The notes beneath the pieces are model-generated. The model did not search any database. It saw only the letters and a program-made list of their open reading frames with translations, and was not told where the DNA came from. A program made the translations under genes and the position numbers. A DNA stretch of 63,892 nt, the filler included, from Vannella sp. (lineage: Eukaryota): assembly GCA_023345925.1 (NCBI GenBank). It is 6 parts of 6 records of this genome, joined end to end, with 100 filler letters (N's around TTAATTAATTAA, not from the genome) between each part and the next. Parts side by side here need not be neighbours in the genome. Positions count along the whole stretch, not along the records: positions 4,302 to 25,071 come from JAJQQN010001213.1; positions 25,172 to 33,750 come from JAJQQN010000777.1; positions 33,851 to 42,963 come from JAJQQN010000487.1; 3 more parts are not named here. One strand, 5' to 3'. The stretch's first letter is position 1; each line of letters begins with the position of its first letter. This document shows, piece after piece, positions 24,057-34,049 of this stretch.

Positions 24057-24569
24057 TTATCGAAAGAGAGTATCAGTCCATGAGCTTCCAGAAGGAGCGA
24101 GGTTTGGAAGAGTGGAACTGTAAGGGGCGTTGAAAAGGACATCCAGAGGATTCCTTGATGGAGCGAAGGCGTCCTCTAACGAGTCTGGTTCGCCAGGATA
24201 GCCCAGTTCGCACCAAAGCACACTGCAGGTCCCTCCTTGAGGTTCCAGTACATGAAAGATCCAAAGCTTGAGAGGAGGCATCTCCTGTTGTGGTCCGCTT
24301 CCTCTTCGAGAGATGACCTTCCAGAACTCGACGCTTGTTTGAGTCCCAGGAACAAGACGTTTCTCTTTCGCTCGTGTTTGACTCCAAACCCACCCCAGGT
24401 TGATAGGGAGAGAACGAACAGCAATGTGAGAGCTCAAGAGAGTCGCTGCTCCCGTCACAAAGGAGGAAGGGCCCACCACTCCTTCTGATCTGAAGGAACC
24501 TTGTTGATAATGACGAAGGAAGGATGCAAAGGCCCTCTGCTGCTCTGGCTTCAGAGCTGGGCTGGCCAT
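24057..24569 (-). CDS. Orphan 170-aa protein with Trp-rich beta domain and Pro/Ser/acidic tail
   Basis: Intronless ORF MASPALK...GWVWSQTRAK..VEFWKV..LKLWIFHV..VLWCELG; protein-like composition; no confident family. Confidence 0.6.
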   Translation of the reverse strand: MASPALKPEQQRAFASFLRHYQQGSFRSEGVVGPSSFVTGAATLLSSHIAVRSLPINLGWVWSQTRAKEKRLVPGTQTSVEFWKVISRRGSGPQQEMPPLKLWIFHVLEPQGGTCSVLWCELGYPGEPDSLEDAFAPSRNPLDVLFNAPYSSTLPNLAPSGSSWTDTLFR

Positions 24570-25071
24570 CAGCACCGCTTGGTTGTTAATGAAAATGGGT
24601 TTCGGACAAACCCAGATTTGGCGCAAACATTTTCCCATCTCCCTTATCCGGCGATTTCTTTTCCCCCCAAATCATCTTGTAAAACTCAAAGGAAGGACCC
24701 TTTTTTCACGAGAGCAATTCAGCTCTCGCCAGAAGAGCTTTTCTGATCTTTCCAAAAAAAGACATTTTTCCTTTTTTGGTTGCACATCTCGCCGGTAGAA
24801 ACAAGTTGGTCTTGCAGATTGGAAAATTCTAATGTCACAGTGGTTGATTTCATCGGATGTGGGGGCGCGGGAGATCAGTTTTTGCTTTGCATGCGCTCCG
24901 TGAGGGATGAAGAGGGAGACAGACCGGATACCACTGGATCCAAATGAGCAATAACAAGCTCAACACAGGACTCACCATCTTCACCTAAACCCGTTAGTCC
25001 CACCTGTGAGGTGCCTGTCGACCCACATGCTCGAGTTCCTCTGCGATGTATTTGATGATCACTTGTTAGCA

Positions 25072-25171
25072 NNNNNNNNNNNNNNNNNNNNNNNNNNNNN
25101 NNNNNNNNNNNNNNNTTAATTAATTAANNNNNNNNNNNNNNNNNNNNNNNNNNNNNNNNNNNNNNNNNNNN
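25072..25171. other. Artificial contig-joining spacer
   Basis: N44-TTAATTAATTAA-N44. Confidence 0.98.
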
Positions 25172-25173
25172 CT

Positions 25174-26904
25174 CCTTGTGACGCGTTCAACCATAATTCT
25201 CGCGCAGTTTTCTACAACACTCTGGTCCCTGGACCACGAGTGGGATCTATCGTAGTTACTACCGCCCTTCCGCAATCTCCTCCCTCCTTTGATACGGTCC
25301 TTTGGCTTTTTGAAGGGACTTGTGGGAATCTCAGCTGCCTTGCTTCTCAAGATGATGTTTCATCCTCAAGCAGAGGATCCACTCTGACTTACTCTGGTGT
25401 CTTCTCGAGTAATACGTCACTTACTTTGGCTGTGTTAGGATATGACGTAGGGGAAGGCGCCTTTTCTGTTCTGCTCCAATCGCTCCCTTCCCCCTCTAGC
25501 AGCCAAACACCATCACTCAGCCCAACCTCTTCAGTCACCCCAACCATTTCTGAATCCCCCTCTGTTTCGCCTTCTGATAGTCCGACTGGCAGCCAAACTC
25601 CTTCTCTTAGTCCAACCTCTTCGGTGACTCCAACCATCCCCGAATCCGCGCCTATTTCACCGTCACCAAGTTCGAGCAGCACCCAAACTTCTTCAGTCAC
25701 TTCGACCACCTCTGAATCATCCTCTGTTTCACCGTCGTCGACTTCGGCCAGAAGCATAACTCCTTCACTCAGTTTGGGCTCTGCGTTCGCCCCAACCTCT
25801 TCGGTGTCGCCATCAAACTCGCTCCTTTCCATCGCTAGTAGGACCATTGATTCATCTTTATCTTCGACTGCCACGCAGTCTATTGACTCCACATTTTCCA
25901 GTAGTCAAAGCCTTCTTGCAGAACCATCGCCAACACCATCTTTCTCTCCTTCTCCGCCATTATCTTTGGCAACCTCTTTCGATTCACCCACGCCATTCCA
26001 AGATTCGTTATCTCCTTCACCAGACCAACCAATTCAGTCCCTTATTGTCACTTTGTCATCGTCTGTAGATTCTCAATCCTTTTCTCCAACAGGAGAGATT
26101 CCAACTTCTTCATTCACTAAGGAATCGCCTTCTTCAACGGCAAGTGAATTTTTAGCATCACCCCTTGTTAGTCCTGTTGTAGCTCCCAGCTCTCTCCTTG
26201 GGGAGCTATCATTGGTATGCTCGAATTGTGAATTTGCCCAGATAATAACCAACCCTGGGTCGCCGAATGGCACTGCTGGTGAGCTGACTCGTTTGCCACT
26301 AATTTCTCCGAGTGGAGGCCAGTTGGAAGGACTTCTTTTTGTTCCTCCAAGACTGAGCGACCAAGCAAACATCACATTAACTATTACAATCGTCACAAAC
26401 GTTCCCAGCAACTTCTCTAATCAGCAACTCGGAAGCGCTATCCTGGATATCACTTTAACTGATCCTAACGGACAACTAGTTACTGAGCTGGATAGGCCTT
26501 TGATAATCTGCCTGGCTCCTCCGAACATAACCAAATCCGAGAGCGTCTGTCTGAGCTTCTATGATGAAACGACGGGCAAGTGGGAATGCGAAGATGAATG
26601 TCTGAAAACGCAAAACAAAGACGGACTGTTGTGTGGCCAAACCGACCACCTCACTAATTTCGCTCTGCTTTTGAGGGGTAATGATGGTTCGTCCAGCGAT
26701 CCTTGCTCTTCTGTCACCCAAAGTCACACCCTGGGATGGGTGTCTTTGGGGTTGGTGGCTGGTGCCGTTTTGATCGTCATCCTCTGCATAATTGTGGTGG
26801 AAATCGATGTTCGGTGGAGGTCTCACAAACGAAAGATCGCAGCTCATCAAGTGATCGTTGAATTTGATAGCAGCCAGAGAGAAACCTCTTTCCTTCCTTA
26901 TTGA
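25174..26904 (+). CDS. 5'-partial cell-surface protein: beta-sandwich domain, Ser/Thr/Pro mucin stalk, GPS(GAIN)-like autoproteolysis motif, single TM
   Basis: Frame is open to the contig edge; DTVLWLFEGTCGNLSCLASQDD domain; long S/T/P tract; CLSFYD..GKWECEDEC..LCGQTDHLTNFALLL; one hydrophobic helix followed by a basic tail. Confidence 0.85.
   Translation, partial: PCDAFNHNSRAVFYNTLVPGPRVGSIVVTTALPQSPPSFDTVLWLFEGTCGNLSCLASQDDVSSSSRGSTLTYSGVFSSNTSLTLAVLGYDVGEGAFSVLLQSLPSPSSSQTPSLSPTSSVTPTISESPSVSPSDSPTGSQTPSLSPTSSVTPTIPESAPISPSPSSSSTQTSSVTSTTSESSSVSPSSTSARSITPSLSLGSAFAPTSSVSPSNSLLSIASRTIDSSLSSTATQSIDSTFSSSQSLLAEPSPTPSFSPSPPLSLATSFDSPTPFQDSLSPSPDQPIQSLIVTLSSSVDSQSFSPTGEIPTSSFTKESPSSTASEFLASPLVSPVVAPSSLLGELSLVCSNCEFAQIITNPGSPNGTAGELTRLPLISPSGGQLEGLLFVPPRLSDQANITLTITIVTNVPSNFSNQQLGSAILDITLTDPNGQLVTELDRPLIICLAPPNITKSESVCLSFYDETTGKWECEDECLKTQNKDGLLCGQTDHLTNFALLLRGNDGSSSDPCSSVTQSHTLGWVSLGLVAGAVLIVILCIIVVEIDVRWRSHKRKIAAHQVIVEFDSSQRETSFLPY
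25501..25650 (+). repeat. Coding tandem repeat (90-nt period, SQTPSLSPTSSVTPTI.ES x2) in the mucin stalk
   Basis: Near-identical peptide repeated with many synonymous nucleotide differences. Confidence 0.85.
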
Positions 26905-27181
26905 AGAGTGATAAACCCTAATCTAATCAGCAACTTCTTCTGGGCCAATTGTCTTCCAGGTTCCAAGTCATTACAAAGTGTGATTGATGTGAAGAGGGTT
27001 GGCATCTCCACCGGTGTCATCGCTGCTTGAAAGAGCATGAACCCTTCCCCCTGAACCCTAAACCCTCCCACAAAGCCATCAGAAAGTGAATTTTGGGAAG
27101 TTTAGGATCGCACGACGGAAAGAAGGTGTTGTACAAGCGGCATTCGAACGCGAGAATGTTAAGTAGCGTATGGGAAGTGAG

Positions 27182-28484
27182 TTAAGCTCCGCCGTTCTTC
27201 CAGAAACTCAAATTCTCTTCCGCTTGGACCAAGCGCGCGTTGCAGGAAGGGAAGATCGAGCAGAAGAGTCTCACCATGGGGAGAACGATTTGGCCTATGA
27301 AGAATGTCTGCGAGGAGGCCACTACGACGGTGCTGCGGTCCATTCCAATGGAGACGGGCAATCCCAAGGCGCTTTCTTGATCCCCTTGCGAGAAGAACTC
27401 TTCAGAGATGCGCCCTGTCCAGTTCTTGTGAAGGTCAAAGCTCTTGGAGACATGTCCAATGTCTGCGCACTTGAGGCACAGCAGAATGACCTTGATCCGG
27501 TCCTCCTCCTCGGTCAACGGCCAGGCCACTGCATCGAAGTCAGCATGAGAGAATCAGGTAGCAACGAGAGTGAAACGTACAGCTTTTCATAGCACTGATT
27601 TGGTCCATGATCTCGTTGTTACGCCCAAAGTCCGTCCCCAGGACGAGAAAGATGATCATCTTGCGAAGGGTTCGGTAGCTTGTTGATAGTCAGGCGTCTG
27701 CGAGGCGTTATCGTTGGTATTGAACTTACTCTTGACGACTCATATTCTTAAAGATGTTGTTCGACTCTTTCTGGGCCACTCGGAAGCCAGTGCTGCAGTG
27801 ATGACTCTCCAAAGTGGAGAAATCGTTGTGTATGATAGCTAGGGGGTGATCTGTGCTTACCAGAAAGCTATTGTTGAATCCAGGATGATCACAGTCATGT
27901 ACAATTGCTGCAAAGAGACAAGCAAATAGCTCCAGCTTGGTAAGAGACCTGCGACCGCTTCGTAAGTTGCGAATTTCTTCTGTTCTACAAGGAGAACGAC
28001 ACTCACTGACTCAGTCCACTTTGGCAAAGTAAATGGTGAAGGTTCCAAGTCTAATGAACAACGTTGGAACGGTGAGAACGACGACAGGACAGAACAAGAG
28101 AGAAACCGATGCTTACAACGTCTGCAGCGTGGTAGTTGTTGTGGTATGGGTTCGCAGGATGATACAGAGACTCAGTCTCCTCAAGGAAGCGGTTAAAGCT
28201 CTCCTCCTCGATGTGAAACTCTTCTAACAGATTGTGATGTCGGAAGACTCTATTGCCCACCCAGTGCAACGGGCTCTCTATGTTTCGTTAGTGACTGTAC
28301 AAGACCAAGAGAACTATTCGCAAAGAGATAGCGACGGAGCACCTACGACCAGAAGCCGCTTGAATTTGGAAGACATCAAGGTTGTACTCGATCCCGTCTG
28401 CTTGACGCTGTAGCTCCGCACTACTGCCACCCCCGCGCAGTCAATAAAAAAGCTGTGCCACCTTCCCATCCCTTCTCACTCCAT
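27182..28484 (-). CDS. Class I 3',5'-cyclic nucleotide phosphodiesterase, apparently catalytic domain only
   Basis: Spliced exons give NPYHNNYHAADV, IVHDCDHPGFNNSFL, STLESHH, LKCADIGH, EEFFSQGDQE, SQTFFI. The start is inferred from a 5-nt first coding exon and is uncertain. Confidence 0.9.
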
Positions 28485-28539
28485 CACGAGCAAACAAGCT
28501 CAAAAGGGAGACCAACAACTGCCAGCCCTCAAAAGGAAC

Positions 28540-28678
28540 GTCACGTGACCTGAGGACCGCCATTTTGGCCCCTTTTTAACTCTCATCCATCACTAAACAA
28601 TTATTAACATTTTAATTGTTTTTTATGAAGCGATTCTGATGAGGCCGACAATTGACGGTGAAGTGAGGTCACGTGACC
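28540..28678. promoter_or_regulatory. Pair of extended palindromic E-boxes (GTCACGTGAC) upstream of the PDE gene
   Basis: GTCACGTGAC at 28540-28549 and GGTCACGTGACC at 28667-28678 in a 200-nt intergenic gap. Confidence 0.5.
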
Positions 28679-28688
28679 GAGCCACAAA

Positions 28689-30896
28689 TTATTTGGCCAT
28701 TTGGGCGGCGACTTGTTTGGCATAAACATTCTCGTTTTGAATTAAATCGTGATGGTTGCCTTGTTCTACGATTTGGCCGTTCTGGAGGACAATGATGGAA
28801 TCGGCATTGCGGATTGTGCTGAGTCTGTGAGCGACTATGAGGACGGTGCGGCCGGCCATGACTCGGTCTAGGGCTTGTTGAACGAGTCTTTCACTTTCTG
28901 TATCAAGAGAGGAAGTGGCTTCATCGAGGATAAGGATTCGAGGGTTCATCAAAAGAGCTCTGGCGATGGCAATTCTCTGCTTTTGCCCGCCAGAAAGTTG
29001 GGCACCGCGTTCCCCAACGCGTGTGTTGTAGCCCTGAGAAAATTGGGTGATAAAATCGTGGCAATTGGCCTGCTTGCAAGCCTCTACGACGTCCTCCTCG
29101 GTGGCATTCGGGCATCCATACCGGATATTCTCGATAATCGAAGTGTCAAAGAGCACTGGCTCCTGGCTAACGATGCCAATCTGTCTGCGAAGCCAGCTAG
29201 CGTCCAAGTGACGAATATCATGTCCATCAAGTCGAATAGTACCCGAAGTGACATCGTAAAACCTCTCAATCAACTAACAGATTGTCAGTTAACCCTCTTC
29301 CAGTGACTGATATCACTCACTCCTAAAAGGGTTGACTTGCCAGAGCCTGATGGTCCAACTATGGCATAAACCTTCCCGGCTGGAATGTCCAAAGACAAGT
29401 TGCTGATGACTCGACGGTCAGGACGGGCTGGATAGGTAAAGTCGACACTTTGGAAGGAGATAGTTCCTCGTACATTTGAGGAATCTAATGTAGCTCCCCG
29501 TGACAGAGGGATTGTTGGAGTCGATAGCAGAAGTTCATTCACTCGATCCATCGCACTGGAGGATCGACTATACTCTCCTCCAAGCCTTGCCAAGTCGATC
29601 AAAGATCGTTGTAGGGAAAAGCTTCGGAAGAGGAACTCGCTCACAAGTCCAGCAGTCATTTGGCCATCAACAATGAGATATCCTCCGTAACCAAGAACCA
29701 GAGTCATCGCTCCAGTAACCCCCAAAAAAGAAAGGCCTTAACCCCATCATAAGCGCTCTCACTTCTCATTGACTCACAGCAGTCGAAACGAACCTTGTAA
29801 GACACCAATTCCCCTTCCGAGATGATTGGAAATTGTGCGTTCTTTGCCAATCGCTGTTTCAAACTTCTCGGTTTCAAACTCTTCTTGAGCAAAGGCTCGA
29901 ACCGTACGAATCAAAGCCAGAGACTCGTGAGCCGAAGCTACCACCTAAGGCGAGTGAAATCAGCGATAGATTCCAGAGAACGCTCGTTGCGATACCTTCG
30001 TGTGCTCTTCGCGGGAGGCTTTGGATAGTTTTCGAAGATGGCTGGTGTACATACTTCCGACTCCAACCATAGCCGGTAGCGCTATAGTCATCACAGTGGC
30101 CAACTGAGGCGCCATCAAAAACAAGGAAATCGTTCCTCCAACCTGTCTAAGTCAGAATGTCGTTTGGTCTCAAAGTGGTGTCCTACGATAGTAATCGTGC
30201 TACGAAGTCCAGTGGAGATGGTGTGTTTGAGGGTGGAGGAAATGTTGTTCAAGTCAACATCCAAGCGACTCATCAACTCGGCAGTTTCAGTTCGATCAAA
30301 GAAGCTCTGATGGGAGCACTATTTCAGCGTAATACATGAGCAGACGGTAGCGTCCTTACCATGTCTTGACGCAAAAAGGAAGAGAAAAGCTGTGTACTGA
30401 GCTTCATGTGAATGCGAGAGACCAACTCAGTGAGGAGACAGTAATCAAGGGTGGTGGCAAGGGCAGAAGTCACTCCGATGACTAGCAGCTCAATTGTTGG
30501 CTGGATAAGCTCGCTGATTCCTTTGTCGGAGTCCTTTGCAACGTCAAGGAACTTGCGACAAGCACGGGGAATCAGTAAAGGGACCAAAGCGCTCAGCACT
30601 CCACTAAGGATTGTGCCTAGACTGAGGAAAGGGGACTCCAGAATAGCTTTCCACACCAGTTGGAGGACTGTGAGAAGGTCCCAATGCTTCCCTTCTGCCG
30701 TAGCAACGTAAAACTCTCGCACAACCCGCTCTCTTTCCGCATTATAATCGCAACGGACCGTGCACCACGCGCGCTGGTGCACTCCCCAGGCCACCACCAC
30801 TCCACCTACTACACCCGCACCGAACACAGGCCTTGCAGCAATGCCAATAGACCGTACTGCCCCTCGACAACGAACAGACCCGGCCAGCCTGAACAT
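28689..30896 (-). CDS. Mitochondrial ABCB half-transporter (ABCB8/ABCB10/MDL1 group)
   Basis: Arg-rich presequence [15 protein letters not shown]; Walker [49 protein letters not shown]. Confidence 0.93.
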
Positions 30897-30991
30897 GCCC
30901 GAAGAGCAGACCCACAATAAAATGAATTCTATTTAGTTTCCACTTTGGCATTTAAGAATCAATTCCCTTGAAAAAGTCATTATTTGGGAGC

Positions 30992-31408
30992 ATGGCCGGG
31001 CGGACCAACCCCAAGCTCTACCGAGCCTCTGCTTTGGGAGAGAGCCTAACGGAGACCCTGGATCAGTTGATAAGCGAAGAAAACTTTCCAGAGGCATTGG
31101 CGTGGAAGGTGCTGGAGCAGTACGACGCGGTGAGGTTCTCTCCGTCTTTGTTGGGGCGGTCGACTTACGTTGTGCAGTCTATCACCGAGAACCTTGCCAA
31201 AAGCATCAAAAGTAAGGTGACAGGTACAGTAAGTCTCTTTCCACTCTCCAAGGACCTTCTAACCCTCCATTCAAAGGGTCAGCTCCATACGTATCGCTAC
31301 TGTGATGGTGTTTGGACCTTCATCGTGGAAGGAGCCTCCTTCCGCACAGACTCGGAGAACATCATGACAGACAAGATCAAAATCGTTGCCATTGACGGGA
31401 CCAGATGA
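30992..31408 (+). CDS. GTF2A2: Transcription initiation factor IIA gamma (small) subunit
   Basis: LYRASALGESL..TLD, KVLEQYD, GQLHTYRYCDGVWTF, KIKIVA; two 48-nt introns (31130-31177, 31229-31276). Confidence 0.95.
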   Translation: MAGRTNPKLYRASALGESLTETLDQLISEENFPEALAWKVLEQYDAVRFSPSLLGRSTYVVQSITENLAKSIKSKVTGTVSLFPLSKDLLTLHSKGQLHTYRYCDGVWTFIVEGASFRTDSENIMTDKIKIVAIDGTR

Positions 31409-32244
31409 ATCACTTCAGGGGAGAGCTAATGCTCCCCTTCCTGAAAAGTGGCCTCATTGAAAACATATAAAAAGTTGATTTGCATTGATCCAGGTCGAAT
31501 GTTGGTACTTTTGAAGGAAGGCCACGAACTGGGTTGGGTTTTTACACTTTTTGTCTCGCAGTCTCCAGCAGGTCTCGGCCTCATCCCTCACTGAAGCTTC
31601 AAAGGAGCACTTTCCGGATTCTGGACCCCACCATGTTTGGGCAAAAGGGGGCGAAGTAACCTCTCCCTCACTTGCGTACATTGAACAAAGAAAGAGCATG
31701 GATTTATGAACATAACTGTTCTTCGAAGACTTGTGGCACCTGTCCAAGCAGAGGGTAGCACTGTGGGGAAGCCTCCTGGCAAGCAAATTAAGACTCCTTG
31801 AGGATCATACGTACAGAGGCATGACCTTGGTGGTGCAATGGAGACGTTTCAGGAGCGCCAGGTGGGGTCATCTGAGTTGCCTTTGCAGAGGTGTTCCCAG
31901 TGTGGCTCGGACTCTATAAGAGACGATCCAAAGACTACTTTCCAAGTGCAAACTTCGATTTAGTCGACCACTGGCGCGAAAAGCCATGTTCCGATTGACC
32001 ATGTACTTTATTGATCCTTTGTTGATGATCAGCCCTTCACTAGCTCTTCTACTGTCACCTCCCAGTATCTCTCATCGCCAGGAACTCGTTGAAATCTGAA
32101 CGCAACGAGGAATGAAGCACTTTCTGAACGGAAAGTACCGGGAATGAAGCTCCTTTCCTCATCCGATTGATGTTGAATAAAGGTCTTCTTTTCAATCGAA
32201 GGTTAGCTTGCCAAACACCACTCCAACGCCTTGTAGTGGGTTAT

Positions 32245-33113
32245 GAGAGAATTCACCGCCCCACTCAACCACGTCCGCGCCCTGCTGTTGCTGGGATCCT
32301 CTCCGTTTTTGGCGCCGGATGACTTCAAGGAGGAGCGGTTCTTTGCTAATCTTTATTGATATTTATCATACATGCTATGATCCAATGCATGGATGTGCAA
32401 GATTGCATTCTATCATATGGTCGACTATGATTCTTCTCTCAAATGGACCCGTAAAGGCCGCCATTCTTGCAGAGATGCTCCGTTTCTTCGGAAGAACATT
32501 CAATGTTTGAAATCCTACTTCGGAGAAAAGCGTCACTTGGAATTCATCAAGTCGCTGAGGCGACTGTCGACTCGCGGAGTCTACTCCATTCTGCGCCCCT
32601 CGTCAGGTTTGCCTGATCGGGTACTTAGCGTCGTTGGAATGATTGAGCTACTTCTCTTAGCAATGGAAACATTTTACCTCTTTGTTTGGCAGCTGAACGA
32701 TGCCAAGATAACGTTGGAGATGCTCACCTCCGCTCGAGGCGACATCCTCTCGGTGATGGCCTTTGCAGAGCACCCTCTTTGGCCCGCTCCTCACTACATG
32801 CTGAATCATTTCTTTGAGGATTTGCAGTTTATGACCCCTATTCCCCCCCGATAGTGGATAAATGAGAAGGAAGAGAACGCAAACAAGCACCACAGAAGAA
32901 TAGGCCGTGCTACCCTTCAAGGCTCATTCCAACCCAGGAACCGCTTTAATAGCTGCCAAATCCTTTTGCGACATGTTTCTGCACTCAAAGTAATCTCCTT
33001 GAAGCGTAAACTGCAATAAAACTGCCTTTTTATGAATGGTCGACAGGCCTCTTGAGAGTCTACCGCAGCGGACTGTAGACTTTTTTTGGGCCAGGTACGC
33101 GGTGAATTCTCTC
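32245..33113. mobile_element. Putative non-autonomous TIR DNA transposon (869 bp)
   Basis: GAGAGAATTCACCGC (32245-32259) and GCGGTGAATTCTCTC (33099-33113) are perfect 15-bp inverted repeats with TAT on both outer sides. The left 34 nt match 7661-7694 on another contig (32/34). Confidence 0.65.
32393..32854 (+). CDS. Hypothetical 153-aa ORF inside the TIR element
   Basis: ATG-started ORF; no recognisable transposase motif. Confidence 0.3.
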   Translation: MCKIAFYHMVDYDSSLKWTRKGRHSCRDAPFLRKNIQCLKSYFGEKRHLEFIKSLRRLSTRGVYSILRPSSGLPDRVLSVVGMIELLLLAMETFYLFVWQLNDAKITLEMLTSARGDILSVMAFAEHPLWPAPHYMLNHFFEDLQFMTPIPPR

Positions 33114-33330
33114 TATGTGCCTTCTCCAAAACCGTCCTCTAGGGTGGCGCGAGGCAAAGTTCATGACTATGAATAAGAAGAGCAGAAAAAAGTGAACCTA
33201 ATGACCCTAATTGTTTCAATGAGTTAACCACGCCGAGACAGAAAGCGAGGCTTCCTTGAAAGATCTACTCCGGTCTTCGTCAAGGCTGGTGTGCTTCGGG
33301 ACCATTTCTTAAAGGTCTCTTGAGACACAC

Positions 33331-33669
33331 ATGGCAGACTACCGGATAGGGGTGTTTGGAGGAGGAAAAGGAATCGGCAAGTCTGCATTGGTTTTCCAGT
33401 TAGCTCATCAGCGCTTCGGTTTGGACCCCGGCTTTGATGAAGCTGTGAACCACCATGTTACTATTGATGGAGAAGCTTCTCACCTCCAGATTTGGGATGC
33501 ATGTGGATTCCCCTATGATCACTGTGATAACCACGATGAAGAAATGAAGTTAATCCGAATATGTCGAGGGTTCCTCTGCACTTACTCTGTCACTTGTCGT
33601 GCCTCCTTCGAACACATGCTTACTCTCTACGACTGGATTGCCAGGGTTCATGGCAAGAAGATGCCCTGA
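33331..33669 (+). pseudogene. Divergent, C-terminally truncated Ras-family small GTPase
   Basis: YRIGVFG, GGKGIGKSAL (P-loop), VTIDGE..HLQIWDACG, GFLCTYSVT.RASFE; TGA falls where V-L-V-G-N-K-x-D should follow; no G4, G5 or CaaX. Confidence 0.7.
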
Positions 33670-33750
33670 CAACTCCACGAGTACGTTGGACCCAGGAAGG
33701 ATACGAAAGTGATGTTCATCTTCATCGTGTTGCAGTTGTCTGGGGAGTCC

Positions 33751-33850
33751 NNNNNNNNNNNNNNNNNNNNNNNNNNNNNNNNNNNNNNNNNNNNTTAATT
33801 AATTAANNNNNNNNNNNNNNNNNNNNNNNNNNNNNNNNNNNNNNNNNNNN
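33751..33850. other. Artificial contig-joining spacer
   Basis: N44-TTAATTAATTAA-N44. Confidence 0.98.
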
Positions 33851-33970
33851 TCCATCCCTTTTTGTGGCATTTGTCGGTTTTTTGAGCGTTTTGTGTCGTG
33901 GGAGCAAATCTCCTTCCGTGTTATCAAGCAAGAGAGACACCCAAAGATCCGCAAGGGAAACGTTCGCCAT

Positions 33971-34000
33971 TTTCCCGCCAACTTGTGAAATGGCGGGAAA
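33971..34000. promoter_or_regulatory. Inverted pair of E2F-type sites
   Basis: TTTCCCGCCA (33971-33980) and TGGCGGGAAA (33991-34000), 50 nt upstream of the ATG at 34050; both match the TTTSSCGC consensus. Confidence 0.5.
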
Positions 34001-34049
34001 GTGGTGAAGCGTTGAGAGCGGCACTTCATGGACATTTGTTGAACTCTGA

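Noticed and set aside
33667..33750. TGA readthrough, selenocysteine or an alternative genetic code rescuing the Ras gene
   Set aside because: Sequence after the TGA gives no VLVGNKxD, and TGA, TAA and TAG all terminate conserved genes normally elsewhere in the window.
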